Source: a virus
Taxonomy: Duplodnaviria > Caudoviricetes
IMG/VR virus record: IMGVR_UViG_3300010371_000004
Span: 1-63,906 of that record
Direction: 5' to 3' (one strand)
Length of the DNA: 63,906 nt
Every line of letters begins with the position of its first letter. The stretch's first letter is position 1. This document shows positions 19,531-29,824 of the stretch, in pieces. The notes under the pieces are model-generated. The model was given only the letters and a program-made list of their open reading frames with translations. It ran no database searches and was not told the DNA's origin. Made by a program: the position numbers and the translations under genes.

Positions 19531-21111
19531 ATGCCTACCAGCGCAACACTCGAAACGCCGACAACGGAACAGACCGCAAGACCTATTCACTGCGTCGAAT
19601 GCGGCGAACCGATCAGCTACAACTACGGATTCGACGTTCCCGAAAGACTCGCAACGTTCGGACTCTGTTACCACTGCGACTACTGGGTAGAAGTTCTGAG
19701 TTCAAAGCATCTTGGCGTTGTGTTCGAGAAGTTAGGCGGTAGACGATGCCACTGCCAGCCGATCCTAACGACACGAGGACAGGAAAGCATCTTCGATAAG
19801 TTCTACCGATTGACAGACGGGACCATTCTCCGATGCTCTAAGGTTTGGCATCAGGACGAGATCCCCATGAACTTTTTTGACCGGTTCCCCGTAAGCGGAA
19901 TCGAGATCAGCAAGGCAGATTTTGATAAGGAGTTGGAGGTTTAGACATGAAGATCAGAACACGCGAAGAAGCAGTAGCCGAAGTGATGGATTCGTTGAAG
20001 CCCATCGAGGACGGACAGTTCAATATCAGCCGGAGCATGTTGATCACATCGTTGGAATTGGCTTACTCGAAAGGCTGCACTGACGAGATTTGGAGAGGCA
20101 TGGATCGACAGTTTTCGCCCAAGGCCGAGGCTCAGGAGTCCAAGGAAGTGACCGTATGAGCAAAGAGAACATGAACAAGACGTATTGGTTCCATAACGGG
20201 AAGCATCAAGCCAAGGCGAATGTTCTCGACAAGCTTGTACCTACCGAAGGCCCGTGTTCGGATTCGACGCCGCAGCTTGAAAACTTTCGGGTCGCATCGA
20301 ACTACTACTACGACATCTACAACAATGGCGGCTGTAACTACGCCAAGCATATTCGAAACTTCTTTGGACTGCCGGTCCCTGACTTCGATCTTGAGGACTT
20401 GGACGAAGAAGATTGCTCGGATATTGCCGAGTTTTCTGAGTCGCAAACCAAGTTAGTCGAAGCGGCAATGGATCGAATCGTTTTGGCCGCTTTCAAGGAA
20501 TACGAACGATCAAAGGTGCTCGCATGAACCCAGACCACGACATCGACATGAACCCCGAAACGGCAACCAACGTTCCAATGTACGCGAGAAATACGCGACT
20601 ACTTCAAACGACTTCGAAGCCCGCGAGACTGTATCCGATCTGGGTTCTGGTTCTCGCTGTGACCTTACCGCCGACCGTGATTTACTTCGCGTTCGCTCTC
20701 TTCTCCCACTAAACAGACAAACAACATGAACACCGAACTGACTAAAATAACCAAAGAACTTTCCGACGCCATGTTTGAGCGAGGACGTACAACCGGCTTA
20801 GTGCAAGCGTCGATCTACCTTTTGACCTGCGGCAAGATCGACCCGAAAACCGCCGTGGATCTGTCCAACATCATTCCGCGACTACCTGACGATTCGAAGG
20901 TGAACCCATGAGAACCGCATGTGACGACTCAGCTTTCCCTGTTGCTGGAGTTTGCGGCGGACTTTCCACACGGGAGATTTTCGCAATGGCTGCAATGCAG
21001 GGTCTATGTGCCCGATCCGACACTTGCTGGACATCACAAGACATCGCGGCGAAGGCAGTAATTCACGCTGATGCTTTGATCGAAGCACTAAACAAAAAGG
21101 ATGCGGCATGA
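19531..21111 (+). other. Early operon of small hypothetical CDS (19531-19944, 19947-20159, 20156-20527, 20524-20712, 20726-20911, 20908-21111)
   Basis: Chained ORFs; 20908-21111 has the common phage motif GLSTREIFAMAAMQG...ADALI. Confidence 0.65.
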
Positions 21112-22016
21112 GTTCTATAGGAGTGAGAGAGGAAGATGTAAGAGCCGAATGGCTGAGAGTTCGCAATGATCCAATCGAGGGATATTTGGGAGCTTCTGAG
21201 ATCGCTGCCGTTTGCGGCATGTCGAAGTGGAGTACGCCAAGGCACGTATTCATGGTGAAAAAGGGACTCGTGACGGTCGAAGACAACCTGCCAATGAAGG
21301 TCGGTCGAATGCTTGAACCGTTGGTTGCTCAAGAGTTTGCCGACTATGTGGGCATCCCGTTCTCGGATCTTCGAAAGGGCGAATTGACCCGGCACCATAA
21401 GTACGGCTTCCTGGGCTGTAACCCGGACTACCTCTGGGATTCTCCCGAAGGATTGGCGAATATCCAATGTAAAACTTGCGGACAGTACGCAAGTGGTGAT
21501 TTTGGACAGTCAGGTACCGATGAAGTTAAAGAAGAGTACTTAATTCAATCTCTTTATGAAATGAGCCTCGTCGGCGCTAAGGTCGGATACCTTCCCGTAC
21601 TGATCGGCAACTCGGAATTCAAGGTTTTCAAATTCACTTGGACGGACACTGCTAGAGCGATTGCTACCCGTGCTTTTGAGGATGCGCGGTCATTCTGGTT
21701 CGATCACTTTTTGGCCGATGTTCCACCGCCATTGATGGGCGCGGACATTGACCGACAGATCGTTACCGACATGTACCGATCCCCTGACGACGTTCTCGTG
21801 AACTCCAACGCTGACATCGAAAAAGAGGTTGAAGGATTCGCGGAACTGCAAGCCCAAGCCGAACAGTTGGAAGCGGAAATCAACCGGCGAAAGAACGTTT
21901 TCCGCGAGTTCATCGGGAAAGCGTCAGGCGTTCATACCACGGCAGGAATCGTGACCTGGCGCGAAAACAAGAACGGTCAACGATCACTAAGACTGCCTTT
22001 TAAGAAAGGAATTTGA
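21108..22016 (+). CDS. YqaJ-like viral recombinase exonuclease
   Basis: EWLRVR...LGASEIAAVCGMSKW...GRMLEP...GCNPD...QCKT. Confidence 0.88.
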   Translation: MSSIGVREEDVRAEWLRVRNDPIEGYLGASEIAAVCGMSKWSTPRHVFMVKKGLVTVEDNLPMKVGRMLEPLVAQEFADYVGIPFSDLRKGELTRHHKYGFLGCNPDYLWDSPEGLANIQCKTCGQYASGDFGQSGTDEVKEEYLIQSLYEMSLVGAKVGYLPVLIGNSEFKVFKFTWTDTARAIATRAFEDARSFWFDHFLADVPPPLMGADIDRQIVTDMYRSPDDVLVNSNADIEKEVEGFAELQAQAEQLEAEINRRKNVFREFIGKASGVHTTAGIVTWRENKNGQRSLRLPFKKGI

Positions 22017-22017
22017 C

Positions 22018-23028
22018 ATGGCAAACGAAGAACAAACAGAACAACCAACCGAAGACAAATCAAAGTGGCTACTAAACGGGCTCAAGCAGAACATGCCGAC
22101 CATCAGGGCTGTAGCTGGCAACCTCATTGATCCCGACCGACTTCAACGCATGGCTATGGTGTGCGTGGATCGCAACCCGCTGTTAAAGCAATGTGCTTGG
22201 CAGAGTTTCGCGCGGGCCGTCGTTATGTCGGCAGAGATCAACCTGGAAGTAGGCTCAAGCCTGAATCATGCCTACTTGGTCCCTCGCAACAATAAAGGCG
22301 TGTGGGAATGCGAGTTGCAGGTTTCGGCCTACGGATTCGCGGAACTTGCTTACCGTTCCTCTTTGGTCAAGTCTCTGAACTGGCACCCTGTTTACAAGGC
22401 TGATAAGTTCAAATACCGTTACGGCTTGCATCCAATTTTGGATCATGAGCCGCTTGACGAAACGGAACTTGACAAGGACGTGACCCATGTCTACGCGGTC
22501 GCTGAACTGGTAACCGGTGGAAAAATCTTTCTTGTTTTCACTCGGAACAAAATCGACCGACTCAAGAACATGAATCCAGCGGTCAAAGCCGGAAAGTTCT
22601 CGCCGTGGTCGGAAAACTACGCAGAGATGGGATGCGTCAAGGTCGTTAAGGCACTTTGCAAAAGGCTTCCCAAGTCGAAGGAACTCGCAAAGGGTATGAG
22701 TTACGACGACGCCAACGATACCGGCGATCAGAAGTTAGCCGATACTGAATCAATCCCGGCAGAGTGGACAGACCTAGACAAGCCCACAGAGACGCGAACC
22801 GAGCGTGTAGCTCGCAAGATGGGCGTAGAGACGCCAAAGAACGGCAAAGGGGACGAGATTCCGTTCCTGACTTTGTTGGGCATGACCGACGATGAACAGA
22901 AGGACTGGTTTATCTGGTGCGACTCGGAAGGCTACGACCGCGCCAAGATCGAAGCAGACGCCAAAGCAAGCGGCGCTAAATCGAAAGAGGACCTGTATGC
23001 TGTGGCTGAAAAGAGGTTGTCAGTATGA
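22018..23028 (+). CDS. recT: RecT-family ssDNA annealing protein
   Basis: NPLLKQC...AYLVP...GFAELAYRS...SPWSENYAEMGCVKVVKALCKRLPKS; adjacent to YqaJ. Confidence 0.9.
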   Translation: MANEEQTEQPTEDKSKWLLNGLKQNMPTIRAVAGNLIDPDRLQRMAMVCVDRNPLLKQCAWQSFARAVVMSAEINLEVGSSLNHAYLVPRNNKGVWECELQVSAYGFAELAYRSSLVKSLNWHPVYKADKFKYRYGLHPILDHEPLDETELDKDVTHVYAVAELVTGGKIFLVFTRNKIDRLKNMNPAVKAGKFSPWSENYAEMGCVKVVKALCKRLPKSKELAKGMSYDDANDTGDQKLADTESIPAEWTDLDKPTETRTERVARKMGVETPKNGKGDEIPFLTLLGMTDDEQKDWFIWCDSEGYDRAKIEADAKASGAKSKEDLYAVAEKRLSV

Positions 23029-23780
23029 GAATCGCCTACGTCTCACCATCAGATCTTGCCTACCTATCCGACGTTTGCGGTCGTTGTTGGTGGCGCAAGA
23101 TTAACAAGATACAGAGCCCAAAGCAAGCCTATCCGAAGATCTTTGGCGAGATCGACCGGGCCATGAAGCGCACGGTAAACGTCGATGTTTTGCGGTCATT
23201 CGACTTGCCGGTTTCGCGGGTGGTTCGTCCCGACATGCAGACGATAACGTTCATTGATGAAGTGAAAGACGACATCTGGCAAGAATTGAGGATCATGAGT
23301 GCCCCAATCGTTTATGACGATCTTGGCGCAACCCTCATTATCAGCGGCTACCTAGATCAAATGGCAGTCTTGGAAGATGACACGATCTTGGTTACCGACT
23401 TCAAGGCGTCCGAGCAGAACGAAGATAAGATGCGCAAGTTTGAGCGCCAGGTCCACGGCTATCAATACTGCTTGGAGAATCCGGCCAAAGGCGAACCGAA
23501 AGAAGTAACCATGCTCGGAATCTGCTGGTACACGCCAAAGAAGTTCGACATTCAAGGCCATCAAGCCTCTCTGACGGGCCAACTGACTTACACCCCTATC
23601 GAAGTCGATAGAGTGAAGTTTCAAGGCTATCTGAGGAAATTAGCGGCTATGGTTGGCATGACAGAAGCACCGCCAGCGGGAACGACTTGCGAGTATTGCG
23701 AATGCGTTCGACATGCGGCAAGTTTCGACCGTTCGCGTCAAGCGTTGGCAGACAAGCAAAGGGAGAACGTACCCGCATGA
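23025..23780 (+). CDS. PD-(D/E)XK nuclease (Cas4/AddB-like Cys pattern)
   Basis: SPSDL...CGRCWW; GYLD...TDFK; QVHGY; CEYC. Confidence 0.8.
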   Translation: MRIAYVSPSDLAYLSDVCGRCWWRKINKIQSPKQAYPKIFGEIDRAMKRTVNVDVLRSFDLPVSRVVRPDMQTITFIDEVKDDIWQELRIMSAPIVYDDLGATLIISGYLDQMAVLEDDTILVTDFKASEQNEDKMRKFERQVHGYQYCLENPAKGEPKEVTMLGICWYTPKKFDIQGHQASLTGQLTYTPIEVDRVKFQGYLRKLAAMVGMTEAPPAGTTCEYCECVRHAASFDRSRQALADKQRENVPA

Positions 23781-24223
23781 GCAAAGTTCCGCAACCCAAA
23801 ATCACCTACGTCAACCCCGAGGATATCAAAAAGATCAGCGGTTGGGAATGGCCTCTTGACGAGGTTGCTTGGTGTCGAGTTTGCCTGATTGATCGGTATA
23901 CGTGCGATGCAGCGCCCCGAGGTCCGCATATCGCCGGTTATTGCCCGCGTTGTGGTTCGTTCTTGCGGTTCCTGACTCGAAACGAGAAGCCTAAAGAGCA
24001 ACCCAAGCCCAAGGCAAAAGAGCAACCTGCGGCAAAGAAAACGACCGACTACGGGTACATCGTCAGCGCAACCGTTGGGAACGGCCTTGGCTTGGTCACA
24101 ACTGTCCTAGGCGTCGTTGAGGTTGCGCACGACATGAGATTGAGAGACGCGGCGATCAAAAAGGCACCAACCGCAAAGATCCGCTATGACTATTTGGAAG
24201 TTGTTCCGAAGGTCGAACGATGA
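23777..24223 (+). CDS. Hypothetical zinc-ribbon protein
   Basis: CRVC...GPH...CPRCGSFLRFL. Confidence 0.6.
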   Translation: MSKVPQPKITYVNPEDIKKISGWEWPLDEVAWCRVCLIDRYTCDAAPRGPHIAGYCPRCGSFLRFLTRNEKPKEQPKPKAKEQPAAKKTTDYGYIVSATVGNGLGLVTTVLGVVEVAHDMRLRDAAIKKAPTAKIRYDYLEVVPKVER

Positions 24224-24597
24224 CGACGACGCGAATTCCAACGGAACCGGGCCAGTATTGGGTGAGAAATGCAATCGGGTCCTGGCTTATCGCTGACCTC
24301 GTTTCACCGTCACGGAGACTCGTTTTGTTGCAAGGGGCTTCCGGCTTTTGTTCGGCACCTGACGAGTGGATATGGAATCCCGAGCGCATCAAGTCACCCG
24401 ACGAGATTCAAGCGGTTAAGATCGAGGTTTTGGGGCTCAGAACACTCACAACGAACCGGCTCAAGTCGAAAGGGCTTGCTACTGTCGAAGCCGTTCGAAG
24501 TGCCGACCGGCTTACGTTGTCCTCAATCCCTGGCATCGGTCGAAAGGGAGTCAAGGACATTCAGGATGCAGTGAGGCTTTATGATGCTTTGTCCTAA
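24220..24597 (+). CDS. Protein with an RNAP alpha-CTD-like HhH domain
   Basis: IEVLGLRTLTTNRLKSKGLATVE...LSSIPGIGRKGVKDI. Confidence 0.7.
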   Translation: MTTTRIPTEPGQYWVRNAIGSWLIADLVSPSRRLVLLQGASGFCSAPDEWIWNPERIKSPDEIQAVKIEVLGLRTLTTNRLKSKGLATVEAVRSADRLTLSSIPGIGRKGVKDIQDAVRLYDALS

Positions 24598-24869
24598 TCG
24601 TCCAATCAATCGGCAAGATCGTCGAATGACACGCTCGTTTTTCCGTGGCCTTCGAATCTGAATTGTTTGGTGAATAACATGGCTAGAGTTGGATATTGTA
24701 GGCACGGTACCCACACGGGATACGGAGACACCTTTCGCCCATGTGACCAGTGCATAACCGAAGCTGCGGCAGCACAGCGCAAAGAAGAGGCACGTATCGA
24801 AGAGATTCGCCGTATCGTGAACGAAGAGTTGGACAAGCGTGCTCCCAAACTCTCTACCGTGCTGTTCGA

Positions 24870-25370
24870 TCAGACCCGTGATACGACGTAAATCTGCATT
24901 AGGCTCATCCACTTAGGCTCTGACATCCACCGACGCGATCCTGGCCCGTGATGGGCGTGGCTCTCGAACGTGAACCCTTTGAAAATCAATAGGACGTGAC
25001 CGATCCCGCCGCCGTCCTTTGGATCTAAAAAGGCAATCCGAAATATCCCGTCTTTGTTCAAAGCATCGGCGGGAGTGCTTCTTTTGAAGCCGTGCGATTC
25101 AAAGTATTCATGCTGCTGAACCGATCCGTCAGGTAGGTCAAAATCCGCAGGCCGTCCAAGCGTTCGATAGAGGCAGTCCCGAACGAAGCCCGAGCAGTCG
25201 ATTTTTTCTATATCCACCAAATCGCAGCCGAGGTGCGGAACCTTTGATCCGAGTCCATAAACTACACCGGCTTTTTCGAGTTCCTTCGTGTACGCCTCTG
25301 GTTTGGTCACATCGAACGGATGGAACAGAGGCCAAGGATATTCAGAGGTCGACGGGATGATGCACTTCAC
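24870..25370 (-). CDS. NlpC/P60-like peptidoglycan peptidase (endolysin)
   Basis: YGLGSK...IDCSGFVR...GHV...ESH catalytic Cys/His pattern. Confidence 0.8.
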   Translation of the reverse strand: MKCIIPSTSEYPWPLFHPFDVTKPEAYTKELEKAGVVYGLGSKVPHLGCDLVDIEKIDCSGFVRDCLYRTLGRPADFDLPDGSVQQHEYFESHGFKRSTPADALNKDGIFRIAFLDPKDGGGIGHVLLIFKGFTFESHAHHGPGSRRWMSEPKWMSLMQIYVVSRV

Positions 25371-25529
25371 CCGCAAAGATTACCAAAAGGTCTGCTTAAA
25401 TCGTCCCTCACGCGCGTTTCTCTCAATGTGGAACGATCAACCGGACAATGCCCGTCTTGCCTCTACACGGTCCCCGTAGCCGTCATTATTGCCTTTGCCA
25501 GCGCCGTGGTAGATGTTCCATTCGGGAGA

Positions 25530-25679
25530 ATGAGCCAAGCTAAAAAGAAGTTACTTGCTAGGATCGCCGCCGATAGGTTCGCCTGTGAACTCTACTTGGA
25601 AGAAACCGCCGCACTGAAAGGCAAGATCCTCTTCTATGTTTGCGACGGCATCCCGATTGAGCCTCCACCGGTTGAGTAA
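25530..25679 (+). CDS. Small hypothetical protein (49 aa)
   Basis: MSQAKKKLL...PPPVE; its stop lies at the cassette-1 boundary. Confidence 0.4.
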   Translation: MSQAKKKLLARIAADRFACELYLEETAALKGKILFYVCDGIPIEPPPVE

Positions 25680-25758
25680 TCTCGCTTCGCTCGGTCGCTG
25701 CTGTCCGTCGTTGGTTGCCGAAACCGGAGTTTCGGTACGGTGGGTGGTCCTCGATTAC
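25673..25758. repeat. Conserved structured element A, copy 1
   Basis: Shares CTCGCTTCGCTCG, TGCCGAAACCGGAGTTTCGGT, GGGTGGTC and GATT, in order, with 42390-42479. Confidence 0.85.
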
Positions 25759-26033
25759 GAAAACAGGCTATCATAATCGTGGTTATACAAAAGCACGACC
25801 ATCTTTCGCATAACCAGCTTTTTATGAAGCCCTTTCGCCTCAACCGGAGTTTCGTTGAATTCGGAACCGGAATAAATGCTCCTTCGAAGAAAGGTTCACA
25901 GCGCGGCGACTCGGGCAAGCCGAGCACGCCTTGCACGGGGAGCGGGTAGTTCCCTTCGGACCTGGGACAGGGTTGAGGTGAACAGGGAGAGGGCGGCGAC
26001 TACAAGGCCGCACTTCTATTCGGGCCCCGAAAG

Positions 26034-26702
26034 TTACTTCGATTTAGTCGACGCTTCGTACATTGACGCAATTAATAGGGCAGCGAGCGCGGCTGGATTG
26101 CCTTTGCTCGCATCGCTCATAGCCTGACAGTACACGTCATTCGGTGTTGGTCGAGCGTAGCTTGGCATTCTCGTATGTATCCCGAATCGAGCACAGTAAG
26201 CCTTAAGTATTAGTCTTCCCATCCGTCCGTTTCCATTCAAAAAAGGATGGATGGTGTTAAATCTTCCGACAGTTTGGGCCGTTATTAGAGCGAGAGTCCT
26301 GACCTTCTGGTCCGGGTTCATTTTCGGATATGCCTTTTGGTAGTCAGAGATCTTCTTCGTACCTTCTTCAAGAACCGATCGAAGGTTCGACGGGACCTTT
26401 TGGAAATGAAGTCCTTGCATGAGAGTAATCGGGACGCTGCCGCTCCAAACCCGCACTGCAACGTTTTGCATTAGGCATGGCCGAGAAGCATCGTCCTGTC
26501 TTGTGTTGCCTGCGTAGTACGGCACCGGGACGCATGGTTTAAATGCTATTCCGTGCCACTCCGTCACTGCCGACGGAGTGACGGACTTTGAACTATCTAC
26601 TTCTATAACGCGCTTGTATAAGCGCATAAAGACCAATTTTTCCTCGCTTGTGCGAGTCTGATCATGCCACTCGGGGCAACTAACCGGGAGTGAACTCATC
26701 AT
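26034..26702 (-). CDS. Fic-domain protein
   Basis: Canonical motif HPFLNGNGRMGR. Confidence 0.9.
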   Translation of the reverse strand: MMSSLPVSCPEWHDQTRTSEEKLVFMRLYKRVIEVDSSKSVTPSAVTEWHGIAFKPCVPVPYYAGNTRQDDASRPCLMQNVAVRVWSGSVPITLMQGLHFQKVPSNLRSVLEEGTKKISDYQKAYPKMNPDQKVRTLALITAQTVGRFNTIHPFLNGNGRMGRLILKAYCARFGIHTRMPSYARPTPNDVYCQAMSDASKGNPAALAALLIASMYEASTKSK

Positions 26703-27135
26703 CCTCTGCGACGGAAGCTTCTAATTCTGACTCATTCAGCACCAATCCCCCAAGACTGTCTGCATTCTTTGGGAATAATTCGGCAACGCTTGCAATCATG
26801 TCCCCGATATTCCAATCAGCATTCACAGCAAAAGCATCAACTTGCTGAAACATGCCTTCAAACTCGCTAAGAATCGATTGCAGAGCAATGTCCGCCAAAT
26901 CTTCGGACGAGACATCAGCTGCTCGCGGCTTTGAGATATAGGCGGTTGAGGCCTTCTTAACTATCCGCTGAACTTCTGGATTAACAAAGTTGCCTGGAAC
27001 GTACTGAACTTCAAGTAGCTTTGCCACCTTAGTGGGACGCCACGGGCCCTCGTAACTCGAGATGCACTTCCCTCCGAGTTTTCTCCTGTCGCTCCAATCC
27101 CTTGATACTGCATCAACCGGCAAACTTAAAATCAT
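26680..27135 (-). CDS. Hypothetical protein upstream of Fic
   Basis: Middle gene of a tight three-gene operon. Confidence 0.6.
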   Translation of the reverse strand: MILSLPVDAVSRDWSDRRKLGGKCISSYEGPWRPTKVAKLLEVQYVPGNFVNPEVQRIVKKASTAYISKPRAADVSSEDLADIALQSILSEFEGMFQQVDAFAVNADWNIGDMIASVAELFPKNADSLGGLVLNESELEASVAEDDEFTPG

Positions 27136-27141
27136 GCGGGG

Positions 27142-27849
27142 TCAACTCACCTCGAATTCGGTCAAGTTCTTTTCTTTCAACAGCTTCTTTAGAGTACTAC
27201 TTTTTGCCCTTGCTCGGTCAAGCACCTCACCAAGTCCCTCAATATCGGCGGAGTCCATGGCGAAGAAGCTTTCCTTTGTTGCTCCGTCTTGCTGAAACAC
27301 GATTTTCAGCATATGAATCAATACGAACTGAGATGGGTCTTCGTCGGGACTTCCTGTGAAAACAGGGCGAATGTCCGTGAGTATTCTTGAGTCTCGGTAT
27401 ATTCGATCATGGTCTGCGTAGACACTGTAGACCTTAGAGACCATTCCAACTCCACTTTTAAGCGACAACAGCGATGGCAGACGACTCCAAACTACCTTGA
27501 TCTCTTGGGCGGTTAGCTGGCCGTCTTCAGTATCGGCCATACCATTCAAGATACTTTCCACAAACTGCTCCGGGCCAAGGTTGCGCAGCTGCATAACGCT
27601 AGTCATCGAGACAGTCGCAGAAAGAAGAGAATAAATATCCTCCGGTTTAAAGTCCTGCATTAGGGCCAATAGCCGATTCACAGACGGACCAAAAGAAGAA
27701 GATGGAGGACTGTCTCGAACTTCAGTCAAGAAGGTAGCAAACTGCTTTTCACTCATCGTGGCAATGAGTCTGATCGCGCCACGATCCTCAGGAGGCGGCG
27801 TCAGAGACGACATGACAAGACTTCGGTCAACATCTGATGCAGACGACAC
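27142..27849 (-). CDS. Conserved hypothetical protein, possibly COMM-domain-like
   Basis: Helical N-terminus; C-terminal RILTDIRPVF...IHMLKIVF...FFAMDSADIEGL. Confidence 0.6.
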   Translation of the reverse strand: MSSASDVDRSLVMSSLTPPPEDRGAIRLIATMSEKQFATFLTEVRDSPPSSSFGPSVNRLLALMQDFKPEDIYSLLSATVSMTSVMQLRNLGPEQFVESILNGMADTEDGQLTAQEIKVVWSRLPSLLSLKSGVGMVSKVYSVYADHDRIYRDSRILTDIRPVFTGSPDEDPSQFVLIHMLKIVFQQDGATKESFFAMDSADIEGLGEVLDRARAKSSTLKKLLKEKNLTEFEVS

Positions 27850-28460
27850 GACGCAAGCTTACCCACCGCGTCTAGTGAAATCTGATGCGCCGATGCACTA
27901 ATCCATCGCTACTAGAGCGTGATCATAGGCGGAATACTAAGTAACTGACCGCGCTACGCCACGAACAACGCTACCTGTAGCTCTAAGGACTTCCCTCGCA
28001 CCTGCTCGTATTCATGCTTGAGCACGGTCACCAAAACGTCCTCAGATCGGGTCAGATCCTGCTCATCGCGCCAAGGACCGAGCTTTGCGTCCGCTTTCGC
28101 TAGACGTAGTCGCCATTCTGGGTATTGGCCCAGGAGATCGCAGAGTGCGCGGTAGGCATCGGTGTCCACCGAATAACGCTACCTCGCCAAAGCCACATGA
28201 AACGCTATACAAGATTTGGCGGATACGTAGACAGAAGGATTCCAGTAAACCGGTAAACCTGTCGTATACTGAGGATGCCTAAAAGCACGAAGACCCAGTG
28301 TATCTAGCACTGAGTCTCCACCAAGGCAAAAACTTGAACGGATCGCGAGCCCCTTCAAACATCAGGGGGGTTACCCCTTCGGCATGTTCATTATAGCCGA
28401 ACAAGGTTGGACTCGCAAGACCTTTCTCGTTATTGTCCCTGGCACTAGGCAGGACAAGCA

Positions 28461-29471
28461 AATGAAGAAAGACAAAATACCACCTCATCATTCGGAAGAA
28501 ATACGATCCCTTGCGTCCCATGTGCTCTCTAACGATAAGTCGAGTGCCATCTCAAAGAAACTCGCTGCTTCCATTCTTGGTGGATCTAGCCATGAAGAGC
28601 ATCCAACGCCAAAGCGCAAGGGGGACAAGTGAACGGCGGCTTACCTCCTTATCGTAGGGTGGAGCCCATTGGATTCAAGGCATTCGGACCCGGCGCTACG
28701 GCTGGTTCAATTATGCGAGCCCTTGGACTAGATCCAGGACCATCTATCGGTCCGTACCCATCAATCAACATGATTACGAAGCCTCCCGACTCGACTGATC
28801 TCAAGGACATGGACAAAGTTGGAGATCAGATGGCAAGTGCCGCCACACAATACATGCGCACTCTGATGAACAACAATCAGTGCGAAGCGCACAAGGATCA
28901 AACGATCCCGAAGGCGGGATCGGTAGTAATAGGCATCGGCAATGGCGTTCGCATGGTGGCATTCTTGTTTTGCTGCGAATCCTACCGACCGATGGCAGAA
29001 CGCCACTGGAACACAGTCAGTAGCCTAATGCTTCGCGAATACGGTCGGGGCCTACTTCACGAATAGAGTAATGGACATCCCCTTTTGCGGCAAGTGACCG
29101 GGGATGCAAGTGGCTTCCCCGCCTAACGCCAATCAGAACGGGGAGAGCCGGAGGTTAGAAAAATGAACAGAGACGCAGCACTTCAAAAAATGGCCGCAAT
29201 CGGAAGGAAAGATCCAGTCTTATTCAAGACACCATACAAGGCGTACTTTTACGACCTGAACGACATCGACAGCAGTTCCGTATCACTCGTTCCGCTTGCC
29301 GTTAAACAACTAGATACGCTGCCACCGGAGGGGATCATTTTTGAATTCTCGGGTCAGACCTACCAAGTACAGGAGTGGTACATAAGCGGAGATACCGGAG
29401 ATCTTGTAATCATTCTCAATGAGGTGTCCCAGAGAATTAAGGTAACGGCATTGTCTGGTAACCCTGATTGA
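28461..29471 (+). other. Three cargo CDS (about 28461-28632, 28629-29066, 29163-29471)
   Basis: RBS-preceded ORFs of unknown function. Confidence 0.55.
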
Positions 29472-29817
29472 GATCGCGTTTAATTTGTGCTTTCATTTCG
29501 GGGGTCATCCAAGAGAACGGGACATATGGACCCTCGATCTGCTCTACGATGTGGCGGGCCTTGTATAAGGCCACCGCCTCATCCAAAGACTCAGGCGCAG
29601 GAATCTGGGATAAACCGCTAACCGCCCCGGCACCTTCGGTCCCGTCTTGTAGGCTCAGGCAACTACGAGGCCGGTCTTCATAAATTGATCTTATCGGCCC
29701 GTCTTTCTCGCTTAGGCTCGGAAGGGTCCCGCACGAAACGTCATCCTGACTCCATCGGGACAAACTCATCGTGAGTCTCCGATAAGACGAAATTATGAAA
29801 ACCTTGAGTAGCCCCAT
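29437..29817 (-). CDS. Hypothetical protein, apparently expressed from a TATAAT at the edge of element B
   Basis: TATAAT-6 nt-ATG. Confidence 0.4.
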   Translation of the reverse strand: MGLLKVFIISSYRRLTMSLSRWSQDDVSCGTLPSLSEKDGPIRSIYEDRPRSCLSLQDGTEGAGAVSGLSQIPAPESLDEAVALYKARHIVEQIEGPYVPFSWMTPEMKAQIKRDLNQGYQTMPLP

Positions 29818-29824
29818 ACTCCAA

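Noticed and set aside
23025-23780. Cas4 as part of a CRISPR system
   Set aside because: No repeat-spacer array or other cas genes; the context is the YqaJ/RecT recombination module
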